From Diadema antillarum (lineage: Eukaryota): a stretch of DNA of 64,000 bases. The translations under genes were made by a program, and so were the position numbers. Under the pieces are notes generated by a model, which made no database searches, was not told where the DNA came from, and saw only the letters and a list, made by a program, of their open reading frames with translations. The DNA is taken from assembly GCF_040938485.1 (NCBI RefSeq), contig NW_027271602.1:1-64000 (forward strand). Direction: 5' to 3'. Of this stretch, positions 1 to 14,249 are shown piece after piece (position 1 is the first letter of the stretch; every line of letters begins with the position of its first letter).

Positions 1-932
1 GGATTTGACACTGAAGCATTATTGCATAAAAATCAACAAAAGATGGAAATTTCAAGATGTTCAAACTGTACAGCAAGATGTGAGGGTGTTGGCATCCTCA
101 ACTCACTCATTTCTCATTTGCCTATTCATATTGACTGTTCAATTAGAAAAATGTCACAACTTCTAATTTTTCTAATTTTTATCTGAGTTTGATCACATTT
201 TTCACAGTTGACCTTGTAAAATGCCTCTCTCTTTTTTCATACTAACTTTTCACTAGTCTGAAATTCCCCTTTTAAGCTCTAAAAATGACACTGAAAAATA
301 TGATCAAATACTTGTACATGTAAAAATATGTGCTTCTTCCTTATATTCATGATAATCACAAATTGAATCATACTCCTCATGAGCACAGGGGCGTGTTGAA
401 GCAAAATTTATTCTCTCCATCATACCTCGTAAACAGTACGTGGCCTGAAGGTACAACATAGGCAGTGCAATCCTTTTAGAATGAAAGCAGAATAGGCAAG
501 CAGTGGGCCACCAATCACTCACTAGCTAACAAACAGTTTGCAACATCATGTGTGATGGATCACAAATAAATGTGCATTTGAGAAACCACTGTATGCTTGG
601 CTATTATTGTTGTTTCCCTCTGTGAAAATAATCAATATGCACAGACAGACAAACAGAAAATACACGTGTACACATTTGAGACACAAACAAGCATGCAAAC
701 AACTTTGTTAAAAAACGACTTTGAGTTACATCAAAATCCCCTAAATGAAATGTCTTCATCCAACTCTTTGTGACATTAGGAAAGAGGCAAAATGATTCAG
801 TTGATGGGGTGCAAAACAAACATTCATTGAGGAGCAGGAGTGGCTGTTGAAAAGTGTACTATGGGCTTGCAGTGTGCATATGTAACTGCAAACTCCAAAA
901 TGATTTTTATTATTTGTAGGTGCTAACACTAA

Positions 933-1484
933 AGCCCTTTTTACACTTGTATTTCTTAACCCCGGACTTTCTCTGACCCAGGACTATCGTTAGTCCCGTT
1001 CCAATTTTTTCAGCTTTTTACACTCGCCAATTAGTCCCGTACTAAGCTCTTGTCCGGGGCTAAGGAGAAAATTGACCTTTTTACACTCGTATTTCTTAGT
1101 CCGGTACTTTCCAAACTACATGAATATTCATGATTACGCTGTGTACTGTACATGTACACGCACGCACTGGCAGCACTTGATTACCTCGTTTCTGATTGGT
1201 CAGTGAGGGTCGGACTTCGTCTCCGTCGCTTAGCCCAGGATTATTTTTTCGTTCTGTTTACACTCACTTGCTTGGCACCGCAATTGCGGTGCTAACCCTG
1301 CTATTTTGCAGTGCCAGATAGTACGGGATTATCGGTGGGGCTAGCCCACTTTGGCAAAAACGAGTGTAAACAGAAAGTGGGCTAAGGATAGTCCCGTACC
1401 AATGGTGGGGCTAAGCCCCCCCCCCCCCCTTAGCCCCACCGTTGGTAGGGGACTAAGCAAAAATTTACAAATGTAAAAAGCCCT
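933..1484. mobile_element. Non-autonomous PIF/Harbinger-like MITE
   Basis: TAA flanks on both sides (930-932, 1485-1487); termini AGCCCTTTTTACA...TGTAAAAAGCCCT; repeated TTTACACTC subterminal motifs; internal hairpin around a poly-C run. Confidence 0.75.
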
Positions 1485-2654
1485 TAAGTGTATCTGACTG
1501 GAGTGGTAGACATTTTTATATGAAAACAACATAATTGTGTTGTCAAAGTCACCTGATATACTTGTTGACTTACCTGATAAGCAGCAAGATTCTTATCCAA
1601 ATATACTGTACATTGATTATTTTGTTGTGAGAACATAAGAACTTCAGCTTTAGCTCATTAAAACCAGAGTTATTATGTATTCAATTAATGCATATCACTT
1701 TTTTTGTTCTTTCTTTATTCATATTTTCAATTTGATTTCTATTGATCTTACTCTAATAGATTTAGTTATGTATTCATATATTGATTTATTTTGATGATAT
1801 TGATCAATTATTCATTTATCTAAATATGTATCTGTTGATGACTACTTCAACATGGAATAGGTTTTCTTATCCTTTCTTTTTTCTCTCACAGAGCTTATTA
1901 CACCAGCCATTGGTGTGCTGTAATTATTCATGTGCTATACCTGTCGATGTATACACATGAGAGTATTTGAATTTTGCGACCAGCTCTGCGCTTCACGGTA
2001 GAATCGTTGGGGCACATGCACTTTCTGAAAGGGTTGTGTGAATAGATGAACAAAACAAACCAAGTGAACGAATAATCCCTTCCAGAAATATCCAGGGTTT
2101 ATTCAATCTATCCAGTTTAGTGAGACATTCTTCCTCATCCTGGTAGTGATTGTACTGAGCAATCACATGGAGGGACTCTGCTACAAAATCCACAGTGACA
2201 ATTATGTGGAAGAGAAAACAAACACAAAAGAGGTGACTACATATCTACTTGGCTGTGTGCATGTTGTCCATTATGGTGCTGTTCGCACAGCAAATTTTGG
2301 TAGTCTCTAATTTTAGACTCTCGTGAATGTGTTAGTGCTTTAGACAAGACTTTAGGCTGTGATGTATGCTTTTTACTGTTTTGCAGGCCAGAGAAGGGTT
2401 GTTGCATGCATTTTACCCAGTTAATGATGGTGTGGAAATATCTGACTAGGAAGTATCTGTCACATTACGCACGAGGCACTGGTACTCATGAAATTTGAGT
2501 AATTTCTGTGTTCTGAGCATGATCTGATGATTACATTCGGTACAGGATTGTAAACTACCGGCTTTCCGTGGGTGCGTTCGCTCATTTTCATCAATTCTCT
2601 TTTCTCCCCACCCCCACCATCACCACCTAACAACTCCCCCACCCTGGAAAGTAG

Positions 2655-2727
2655 AGACATCCTCCGACAACTGACGGTCCAGCATGATTCAGCCCTCTCT
2701 CCGAGGCACTCCATCTTCCTGTTTACA
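2655..2727. promoter_or_regulatory. Candidate cis-regulatory module, copy 1 (AGACATCCTC / ATGATTCAGC / ATCTTCCTGTTTACA)
   Basis: Three blocks shared with 5094-5162; they match an ARE-like RTGAYnnnGC and a FOX:ETS composite (GTAAACAGGAA on the reverse strand). Confidence 0.45.
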
Positions 2728-5093
2728 GCAGGCTGCAGAAAGTCTGGTCTATTTAAAGCTCCGTTGCTGAGTAATTGTACTATATTGAATAGTGGAGTAT
2801 GTACAGTGCACATCCCTTGATGCCCTATTTTTCCCCCCTCTTCGATCATTTTCCACAGCGTGTATCTACATACCATGTATGTTTCCTTCTTTGCAAAAAT
2901 TTGAGGATGAAGACAACCTTTGTATATGCTCCTAAACAATGAAATACCATTTTTCTCAAACAGATAGTAGCATGATAGGATGATAATGCATGCAACAGAC
3001 TTTTGATATTCATTGTTTGTGCATGCCTATTTGTAGTTATACACCACATGTAGGAATATATTTTCCCATATGGAATGATATTAGCATAACAGAGCATCTT
3101 GGGTGTATATAACTATAGAACCATTGACAATCTTCCAAATATCACACACACTGAGGCTTTGCCAACCTGTTATATCACCCCATTCCAATGGATATACAAG
3201 TATGTTCATATATGTGCCTGTAGAACAACAGTTGTTGTTCTCACAAAGCAAAAAATGGCCAATACTTGCCAAACATAGCAACAGTGAATGTTTGCTAGCC
3301 AGATTCCAAGAATTTAAGATGCATAGAGTGTAAACAGTTGTACCAGATTGCTTGTCATGAGGTCCTTAGGGGAAAATATCCCAGATGTGAATATACGAAC
3401 TGAAAACTGGCCCTAATCGTCAGCCTCAAGTGAGATATTTGGTACTCACTGCAATCACGTACCCATTGGTCAAGCAATGGGAAACATTAGGTATGGTTGT
3501 TTGCACTTAGGTATTTAAAGAACCAGGTACAGATTGTAACAATCACCAGAAATATCCCCTTCACTTTTGCCTTGACATAGAAGGAAAAAAAATACAGTAT
3601 TCGTGGTAGTTTGTGAAAAATAAATTTCATCACTATCCTCCCTGTGCTTTGTTCACCAATTGACATGCGCACTGGGCTACTTCGCTGATTTGCATAGATA
3701 TCTGGAAAATAACTGTCAATAAAAAAAATTAATAAAAATTACCCATTTCCCCAAATCCCCTTGTCCTTATTGTGTTAAGTACTATTGCCTTCCTGTTGGA
3801 CTGATCCACATTGCTACACCTGATTGAGCTAACTTTATGACCAGGTCAAGTTTGGATGGATTTCTGAATGCTGATGAATAAGTTTGACAAGTTAAGCTTA
3901 GTGTCTTGGTATGTGAAGGGTTGTGGACAAACTTTTGTCAATTGTAATCTTATAATATACATGCATAAAAAAAAAAGTACATCATATATTAAAAGACACT
4001 GATGTCATACTCTGTTATGAAAGGATTTTTCTGAAAGCAAGTTTGGGTATAGTGATGTCACTTTCATGTAGAGCATTCACACAGTCGGGAATGTATGTTG
4101 GACTTTGTGCCCTTGATCAGTTTCCTATGGAGACTTTCTAATTAGATGAATTTCTGTTGTCAGTATTTTACTGGACATTTCATGCCGCTATAGGGCTGGT
4201 TTCATTGACAAATTCTTTCATTGACAAAATCGTACAGCAACTTGAATTTTACGGGCCTAGCAGTGTCTTTGTAATGTTGCTAAAACAGGTGGGCTCTTCT
4301 TACTGGCAGTATACCTGTATGCATGTGTATGTTACATAATTTATGTTATCAAAATCTTCGCTTTTATCAAAATTTGCTATTGACCTTCAGGATTGAATCC
4401 TCATGACACTGGAGGTGGCTATGTGTTAAGGAATAGCCATAGAACATCACAGAGTACAATGTATGGGTGCACTCAGTGGATCCATCTGTTGTTACATATG
4501 TCCTATGTGAAACTACTAGTGAAAAAGGGCACTGTTTGATGAGAGGTTGTTGTTGGTTTTTTTTTTTTTATTTCTACTTCCATTCAACCTAGCAAGTAGG
4601 GTCATTCAGGTAATTCTACTTCATACCAGAATTAGCAGAAACAGACAAACCCATACATGGTAGTCAGTCAGGGGTTACAGCCAAGCATCAACAGACAGCT
4701 GATGTGTAGGCACATTTGTATGCTGCAGAATTGCAATTTCCATCCAAGACGCTGTGCTCTCGCAAGGTTTTTTTATGGTGTTTTGTGAGTGTGGCGAATA
4801 ATTTTTTCAGCAGGACAACCCCGCCCATTATTTGGAGGGTGGGGTATGCCTGCCATCTCTTCTTCCCCCTCTCTGACACATTCTCTTTTTGACGTTATGT
4901 TCCTGTTCCGGCTCTCTCCTGAGCTATTTCTGTTCCTTGGTTCCTTTCCAGTTACCTCTTCCCTCTCTCCCTCCCTGTCGCTCCCTCTCTCTCTCTCTCT
5001 CTCACTTACTCTGTCTGTCTGTCTGTCTCTCTCTCTGTCGTTGATTCTGTCTATCTTCCCGGCCGGCCGCTGCCAATGTGAGTGGAGAAGTGC

Positions 5094-5162
5094 AGACATC
5101 CTCAGACGATGCAGGAATGATTCAGCCTGCACTAGTTGAGGGACGGGATCTTCCTGTTTACA
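5094..5162. promoter_or_regulatory. Candidate cis-regulatory module, copy 2, within a CpG-enriched patch containing a CCAAT box
   Basis: Same three blocks in the same order; spacers are diverged. Confidence 0.45.
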
Positions 5163-6318
5163 CCAGTCGGTCTGCGACCATTCTCACGTTTCCCTCCGCT
5201 CTCTGCCGAAGAGTCAGTACTGGCGGTGATTTCCAGCAGAAGTTCCGCTGACCTTTTCTCGCTTTTTTACGCTCGGAGTCCAAATGTTGAGCTCCCCTCC
5301 CCCTGACATGCCGCATACACCTCACATGCATACATATGCCTAATATGATCTTGCTTCGATATCTGAAGCCTCAATGGTATATGAGTAGTAGGGATTTTGA
5401 TTATGTGCGTGTTGTTCTATTCAGTGAATTGTACTTCCATCGTGTCTACATATTTGTTTGAATAATAAAGGAGAATGGAAGGGATTTCAGATCATACAAA
5501 TTTTTACGTAATGGCCCATATCGAATCACTAATATGACTTCAAAGTCCCTGATAACGTTCGACATGTTATGCCGGCAAGAGATTGTTTACTATTTTTTGT
5601 TTGTTTGTTTGTTTTACTCATGATGGTATCCATTGGCTAACTAACAATGAGCCTGAGCAATATGATTCATCTGCTCATTTGTGTGTGACCTAACTCTTCC
5701 TCTCTTCAGATGAGGCTCTCTGGCCTACAAAACGAGTCAATGGGATTGCAAACATGGGATTAGGAATGAGAGAAAGTAGAGGGCTGAAAGGAGATGATGA
5801 GGAAGAACTCATTGATCTGTTAAAGACAATGACAATATTTTCAGCAGCACATAAAAGGAGTCTCTTAATCACGTAACCTTGTTGTTCAGAGTCTATGAGT
5901 GACAGTAAATCCTGGCTTAACCCAGATATGTCCTTCATTGATGTTGCCCTGGAATTAAGAGCAAAGACCTGGGTTATCATGAGAAGTTGTCACAGGAATG
6001 CAGAATGTGGAACAGTCAAGGGCCAAAACAAAACTAGCCCCCTATCAATCGTCACAGTTCACAGCTATAAATTTTACCTAAATTATTTTGTTATTGTTGT
6101 TCTTAATTTGTAGGGATTCATTTCTTCAAACGCTCCCTCCCCCTTTCTTGCCTGAAATTTTTTGCTCTATTAACATTCCAACTATATTTTAAAACTTTTT
6201 AGGACTAATTCTTCTTGATTCATCTCTGTTCTTTTCATAGTTGATGGTTCTGAAAGGTTATGTGGAAGGTAATGACCAAGGGAAGCAGGCAAGGGGGTAG
6301 ATCTGTTGGTTGGGTCTA

Positions 6319-6485
6319 GGGCAATTATCCCCTGGGCAAGTACTCCAGACCCTTCCCCTGACCCTAACCCTAATCCTGATCCTGAACCTAATCCTAACCC
6401 TAATCCTAATCTTGATTCTAGCCTTAGCACTAACCAGTATTTAGCGGGGAGGTAATTGTCCTCCGGGGGTAATTGCTCTGATCAC
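6319..6485. repeat. Short interspersed repeat carrying degenerate telomere-like (CCCTAA/TCCTAA)n
   Basis: CCCTAA units at 6362, 6368 and 6398, flanked by GGCAATTATCCCC / GGGGGTAATTGCTC; a related reverse-orientation remnant lies near 52923-53007. Confidence 0.55.
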
Positions 6486-9400
6486 TCCTCTACTGCTGCT
6501 GGTTGCAGGTGATCGAGAGCTTGAGGATGAGGACGGGAGGCATGTCCAGCTGATAAGTGAAAGCTGGAAATAGGCTATGAAGGAACGGATTCGGTGGGTT
6601 TACTCTCCACGAGCATCATCATCCGCTATGTGGTGTGGGAAGCAGTGTTGAGTGTTTATGAGGAACGTTTTGTTAGTTTTGTCTTCAGAGGAGATGAGAG
6701 GATGAATGTCACTGTTTGCCTGCTGCGTGATGGTTGTTTTGTTTTGTTTCTCTTTTTTAGCTCTTTCCATGACAAGGCCGAGGAAAAGTTCATTTGTCCT
6801 CCATGTTGTGTTTTGACGACTCAGTATCATGTCATTGAACTCCTCCTTTACCCAAACCTCAAGGCCCCTTGTCTGTGAGGGCGGTGTTGTTATTGGGTGG
6901 TGTGTTTTGTTTTGTTTTGTTTTCTTGTATTGCGAAATAGAGGAGGAGCATATTGCCTGGCTGTCAGCGTTTTCTGCAAACAAGCTTTCCATCCAAGTAT
7001 GGAAAGTTGTGGGAAACAAGCTAGTTTTGAGCCGTGGAAAATCAATCTGTGTGTTAAAATGCTTGTCAAAGAGCGAAAATGCTGCTACTGGCTAATGGCA
7101 ACACAACAAATTGTTTAAATATAGAGCAGTATGTATTGGTCTCTTTGATTCAAGTTAAGAGTTAATAATAACAACAGCTACAGGGTGTATACCAGACATG
7201 ATTTTGCTGGGAGAAAAAAAGAAGGATTATGAAACTTTGATTTGTTGCTGTTATTGTTATTCTAAGCGAAAAGAACGCATTTCATAACCATATCCACTGG
7301 TAAACAAACAGGATCCATGTTATTGTGAGGAAGGGTGCAAAGGGTGGCTAGGGAGCATTGTTTTTTGGGGGATGGGTTTTATATTAGATATAATAAATTT
7401 CCATTTTTAGCTCACCTAAAGTGGACAACTGGAGTTGAGGGGGGGGGGGATCCATATGCAGACCTAAGTTTCCAATGTTCTCAGGTAAGAGTGTGCAAGA
7501 ATGCATGGAAGGTAAAATTGCTATACTCAGGTGAGCGCGTGACCCGCGATCTCCTCTTGTTGGTAATTTGCTATACTATTGAATTTATTTGCTATATTGA
7601 AAAATGAAATGTATGTCTCAATTGCTGCCTTTATAAAAGGAACTATTGTATTATGTTGAATAGTAATTGATGTTTCTGGTATTATATGAATGGAAGTGAG
7701 TGAATATTATTCTGAATAAAAAAGTAGTCCATACATAACCAGGGAGAGACATACATTGCATTATCAATCATTCAGAGAATGAAGTATGGCCATCTCCTGT
7801 AGAAGTTATGTTGTGTTTCTCACCAAAACTAAACTGAAGATTTTAGAGATGTATGAATGAGCACCATGGGTGGAGGAAAAGAAAATTTGAGTTGAAAATT
7901 GCTGTGGAAATTTCTAGAAACTCCCTCAATCCAGCTGTAATATCAGAGATATTATGAAAGCAAAGTATTCTGATAAACAGCCATCAACAAACATGCACAC
8001 TGCTCTGGGTTTCACTTCTCCAACAGCTTATTTTCTGCATTGTAAGCCACATTTCTTTTCTGGATGCATTTATCCACACCTATAGTCCCACATGGACACA
8101 AATGCAAAAATATACATTTGTGAGGAATGAACAAAAAAAAAAAATGTCATGTTGATGATCACAGTGGGTAATGTACTGTGTTGTTTGTGCAGCTGTAGTG
8201 AACAACATCTGATGTCAAGTAGGATTTTCTTTTTTGTTGCATTTTTTTCCTCTTCCAAAATGCATCTGTCTGAAAATATTGTCAATATAATTGTCAGAGG
8301 CATAAATGCATGAGTTCTATGAATCCTGTACTAACAGTCAGTCCTTTTACTTCTAAAGAAAATTTATGTTTTCCTACCATTCCTAAACATGTGTTGAAGA
8401 TTTTTTTTTTTTTTTTTTTTTGTAATGGAATTTAGGTAAGTCAGCATCGTCCTAAAAGACATCTGAAGATGTGTTGACCTGTGAGGTCCAGATTGAATTA
8501 GATGGTTCACCATTGTATCACATAATGATTTGGATTATGTAATCTGAATTAATTTTGGAGGAAGGAGATGTGGACATATCCTATCATATATTCAAGTAAT
8601 TCATGATGATCAAAACATAATATAATCAAACATTCATGCAGTTACAGAACATATACACACTCCTGTAAATATTCGAGCTTGTGTAAGTTTTGAAAAAAAA
8701 AGAAGAGAAGTGGACCTGTTTTGCAAGCTGGACAAACCCAGGCATTTACAGTGCATAATTACAGTTGTACTAAATATCTGTGATCCCTCCTCATCTGTGG
8801 CAGTTTCCACCGTCACAGAAATATCATTCCAGTTTCATGAATAATTTCCAGCCCTCAGAAGGCACGTCTCAGACGTTGCGTGTGAAATTTGCTTTTTGTG
8901 CTGATGCAAACCCGGTCGTGCCATTTCAGGCGGCCGGAAAGAGAGAAAAAGACGTCAGTAACACTTCGCCCCCATCCATGGCGAGCTTTAACCCCCTGTT
9001 TATGATATATGAAACAGATTTTGTCTCTCCCAATATGCATGCATTATCTGTAGGTTTCAAAACCTCCAAGATGTGTTGGTAGATATATCCCTAGGCATGG
9101 GAATGTTTACAGAATCTCATTTGGGCATTGACAGTGATATGCTTTATGGAGCTCGGTCCCAGTGATTTGTCATTGATTGATTATATGGACAATGATTTTG
9201 ATATTTGAAAATGTCTGATTCTATGACAATGTTCTGATGTATAGGTATGTACAATGTAATCTTCTGTCCTGGAGTTTAGTCCAGCAAAGAATCCAAAAGA
9301 TGTCTCTGTCATAGTAGAGGCTATCTTCTGGAATGGAAAAACAAACAAACAAACCAATGTACAACCGTGGTTTATCTCCTCTACTACATTGTATGCATGG

Positions 9401-10572
9401 TGTTAACCAACAGTGAACTATTTGTGAGTGTTGCTATACATGAATCAATGAGGAATAGCAAACAAGGCTTTGCACTTATATTTTTTTTGTGTGTATGTGT
9501 TTGTGTGTTTTGTTTGTTGTTGTCAGTTGTTACAAACATTTGATGCCTTTTTCATCCAGAAAAGAAACAATTGTACAATCCGATGATATTAAGCATAGTC
9601 TGTCATTGGTACAATGAGCCCAAAGTGGAATCCGTCAGGTGGGCGACATTGGTGAGCCTGATCACTGAGACATCAGTTTGAGAGTGGATTCTTTGCCTTT
9701 CCATCCCTCCTGCTAGTTCAGGTCCTGTCACTTTTTCCCCTAGTCGGTTTCGTCGTTGTAAGCAAGATGCTCCTATTTATCAACAACAAACATCCAGACA
9801 TACCAAGATCAAAGTCTCAAATTTGACATGGTGGTAGTCTACTTCTTCACACTTTGTGCTCATTTTCCTGTTGGTCAGTGGTGTTGGTCAGTCTCATTTG
9901 TACTGCAAACTCATCACCTGTCTCCAAGTATGAGATATGCTTTACCTAAGCAGTCATCTGATCATTATATGCTTTGTATTTCCTATCCATGTCATCTTTG
10001 CAATGCTTTGGACTGCACAACTTTGAGTCTCCTCCCCATAGACTAGGCAGGTCCCCACTACAGTAGGGGGAAGTGAACTTACCCTCCGGATGACCTTTGC
10101 ACTCGACTTTCCCAAGTTCATCTGGGGAGATTGGCTGTAAGTGAGCAAGAATTCAGTCACAGTGGTATGTTTTTTAGGGCAGTGGAAGTAGAGGAAACAA
10201 AGAAAACAATAACAGAAAAGTAGAAAGGAAAACACAGCGACATGCCAGTGTAGGAAAATGCCAGAGAAGTGACTGTCCTGAGAAAATAGGAAGCAAACCG
10301 CTCGGAATGTGAGGGGTCGGTCGGAGGGAGAGAAGATGAGAGTCGGCAGACCAGACGTTTCACTGCCAGGTTTGTGGGGCACTTTGCGTGCAGGCCTGTG
10401 ATGGCACTTGCACCAGGCATGTTTGCATGCCCTGAGCAGTGACATCGTCCGTCAGACCTATTGGTGTTGGCATGAAAACGGGAATCGAGCATATGTCAAT
10501 ACGTGCTCTTGTTCTAGTGATTGTCCATATAGCCGAACACATCTACCCAAATGCTGCCCAATAAGAGTATCT

Positions 10573-10924
10573 TTGAGATATGAGTTTTCTTCCATTTGTC
10601 TCCCTCTACAAATGAAATTTGTAAGATCGCAACTGCTGATCTGTAAATTTAACAAACATGATGGAAAAAAAGGAACTGCGGGACTCGAACCTGTCATCTG
10701 CTGCTGAATTTCGGAGCTTGGGTATTTGTTCCAAGTTCATTGTGTCACTGCCAGCAACCAGGGATGACCTGGTGGTAGTGTCGCTGCTCAGAAAGTGGTA
10801 GCTGACAGGTTTGAGTCGTGTGGTTCCTTTTTTCCACATGTTTGTTAAAATCATAGATCAGCAGTTGCAATCTTACATATTTCATTTGTAGAGGGAGATA
10901 AATTGAAGAAAACTCACATCTCAA
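10573..10924. mobile_element. Foldback/MITE-like element with ~120 bp inverted arms
   Basis: 10573-10696 is the reverse complement of about 10803-10924 (TACAAATGAAA..GCAACTGCTGATCT / AGATCAGCAGTTGC..TTTCATTTGTA); no clear TSD. Confidence 0.7.
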
Positions 10925-13502
10925 CCTTCACCCCTCTGCTTGCTTTCAAGAGTATGTTTGTTAATGTTACGGATTATAGTAGTATGCACAGAGTACTGAA
11001 TAGTGTGACACTATGGTGGCTCTGACTTTTCAGCTTGGATTCCAGCATCCCTTTACTATTTAAGTTGTGTGCTGTCAAATAAAAGGTCATCGAAGATCTT
11101 TTAAAATCTACTGTATTTCCATGCTGTGTTCTTGTTTACCTCAATCATAGAATATAATCAATCAAACAGAATGTTTCATCAAAATCAGACGTAATATAAG
11201 ATAGGACACATGGTTACATTGCTATGCAAAGAGAACATTCATATGGAGTCATGTCTCAGTAATGGAGCATGAAAACACACATTTGCAGTAAATGACACCC
11301 TGAGAAAAGAACAAATCAAGAAGAAAAAGAGACTCCATGCAACTCATTTTCACAGTACAAATTTATTGTGACCAAATCTGCAGCTGCAGTGTTCCATGAA
11401 TGTACCTTTCAAAGCTATAATGAAATGCATTGGAAAGCCTTATGCCAGTCATCAAAATAAAATGAGACTGACAGAGAGAAAGAGATGGAGGAGGAGAGAG
11501 AAAGTGCATAACTGTAGGAAAAGTTGTCTTTAAAATGCTGAGGTGAATCATAGCATTGCTGTTTATAAATGTACACATTAATGTGTGAGGTTACACCATA
11601 CCACTCGATCCAGGGACTGGTCTGCATCTATGAGACACCAAGCGGCTTGCATTCAACATGGTGTAAATGTACAGGTTTTTGTGATTGAGTACAGCTGTCT
11701 CTGTGCTAACAACCATTTGACATAAATTATAGATTCTAAGCTGCATTCCATGTATGTACGTCACTACATGTCACTTTTACCTTTTTATGTGTATTTTGTC
11801 TGTTTAGATTGTCTAGTTTTTGTATTTTAGTAATGTAATAAATGTAAATGTACCCATAGCTCTCATGATCAACCTAAAGAAGACAATGGGTCTACATTAA
11901 TCCACTCATATTGAAATCAATGTTTCAATGTTGAGTCATAAACGGCTTTTGTACATTTTTTTTTCTGTATTGTTTTTGTGTTATGTATGATTCTTGCATT
12001 CTTTGTGTGTTTGTGTATGTGTGTGTGTTTTAATCAGATGTGGAAATGAAATGATATGAAATCCCTGCAGTGGTAGTGGCAACAAAATGTTTTTGTATTC
12101 TTCAACTAACATACAAATTTGGTTGCATTCTTAGAGAGCTAGTGCTTATTTTCATTTCTTGCATTAGGGCAGGTATTTCCTGTTTTGGCAGGGTGTGGTC
12201 CTGGTTGTCTAATCAAGACGCTTCCAGTTCCTTTATTTTATTTCCATGCAGAGATATCGCTAAACAGCAAGAACACAAACAAACAAATTATACAGGGAAA
12301 CAGCAGAAATGTGAGACGTGAACTGAGCTTATACAAATGTCATGCAGCATGAAAGGAAAAAACAGTTTCACTGAATGAGTAAGTGGTTGTCTGTAATTAC
12401 ACAGGAAAATCCACTGGGGCTCATGTAGTGTACACCAGGAATAATGTATCATATAAAGCATCACGGTATGTGCAGTATCAAAATGTGTGCGTGTCGTGAA
12501 GAAGAAAAGTAACTCTTCATACCTAATGAGTGAATATTCTCCTGGATTTAACCAATTATGAAATTGGATCCTTTTGCAATGATGGAGGAAGTGAATTCTG
12601 TAGAGATGGGCCGATGTATCAAATTGATATATAGATGAGATTAGATGAGACATACTAGAAAGGGAATTGTTTTGAGTTTCGAGCTTTGTATTTGTATGTG
12701 ACAATTAAAGGTCAATATTATTGTCCGATGCAGAGGAAGCGAATATGAAAAACAATGATGCATTAAAGAGGCAATTTGAAGTCTACACACATGTACACAA
12801 GCGCGCACACACACACACACACAAACACTGTTTAAAAAATGCAAACAATCATGAGGGTTAAGGAAGGAGGTAAGAAGTCAAATTTTCAACATCTACAAAT
12901 GGCACACTTTTGGAGGCAATGCAGCTGGGAGTGCCATTCCACACCATCTTTTATTTGGCTTTAATTAAAGAAAGTGAAATCAGATGGATGGGATGATGAC
13001 GGCTTTACAAAATGCCCTTGTTGACATGAAATCACAAGAAAAACTTTCAGTTTCTGATTATCAAACCTAGTATTGCACCTTTAAAACTTGCGTAAATACA
13101 GTTTGATGATATTCAAATGGTAGAAACGGAAGTTAAACATGAGATCTTGTGTCTTCTTAGTGTAAATATGTTTGTATCATAGTTTTAAATGAAGGTTTTC
13201 TGTATGTCTAGTGTGTGTTTGCAAATGCCATACTTGTCCCAGTATGTGGATTTTTAAAGGGAACAATATAATGGAGATCTAAAGAGAATTTAACATATTT
13301 TCATTTTTCTACCATAATGAAAGAGCACTTGACTTACTTCTTTCAGAATGCAGGGGGTACGATCATACTCTTTTTCTACATATGTCATTTGGTATGATAA
13401 AAAGTCAAGGAATGCATGTTTTTCATTAAAAATGAAATTGTGTGGAAGTCTGTATTTTCTTTATATTGTTGCCCTACTATGACATCACAAATCCTTGTCT
13501 TC

Positions 13503-13565
13503 TGGTATGGTATGATATGGTATGGTTTATTAAATGAAATGTTCTCGCAGCCAAAAGGCTGAATT
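13503..13565 (-). mobile_element. 3' end of an L2/CR1-type LINE or SINE
   Basis: On the minus strand: CAGCC-tttt-GGCTG stem-loop, AATAAA, then a (CCATA)n microsatellite tail. Confidence 0.5.
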
Positions 13566-14249
13566 GCAACATTTGTTCACACAATACCTAGTTGATTAAA
13601 AAAGAAAGTATTTACAATTTTCAAATCATTCATCAATATTTAAAAAATAACAATTGACATCATTTACAACATTATTCATTATAAAATTTTTTACATTCAC
13701 TACATTCAACAGACTGTACGTGACGAATAAACATAAAATGAATAAAAGGGACCCATGCGGTTACTTTCTTTTCTTACTTTGTATTCACATCTTTCCCCTC
13801 CCTCTCTCTCACAAACACACGCGCACGCACAAACACAGGTACACTCACATACACATACACACAATCATCTCTTCATCACATCCAATAAGTGACTCTCACA
13901 CACATAAACACATACAGACACTACAAATTCTCATTCTCCCACCACACGGCATTACTGATTATAACTGTACATTCGTCACACTTAAACTGCATTTTGATCA
14001 CATAATGTTTACAAACAGTCAAATGTACAATGTAGTGAATGTTTACAAATATTGATGGGAGTATAACAAAATTATAGATTCTGTATCATAAGATAATCTG
14101 ATGTGGTGTGATATAATAAAATATGCCTAATATACTCTCATAATATATCTCCGGGAATTAAAAACAGCGTCAAATGAACAAGTTCAAATTATCAACAGTT
14201 ACCAGTGGAAAAAAAAAAAAAAATGGGTGTGCAAATCTGTTTAAAGGTT

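Noticed and set aside
2200-2238. HKRG|GT match resembling the end of Akt exon 1
   Set aside because: Preceding residues are LCGRENK, with no GWL and no suitable Met; a chance match in A-rich sequence
6510-6575. Acceptor followed by DRELEDEDGRHVQLISESWK*
   Set aside because: Only 21 codons, weak pyrimidine tract, no partner exon
7335-7360. KGWL motif
   Set aside because: Not followed by xKRG or a donor site
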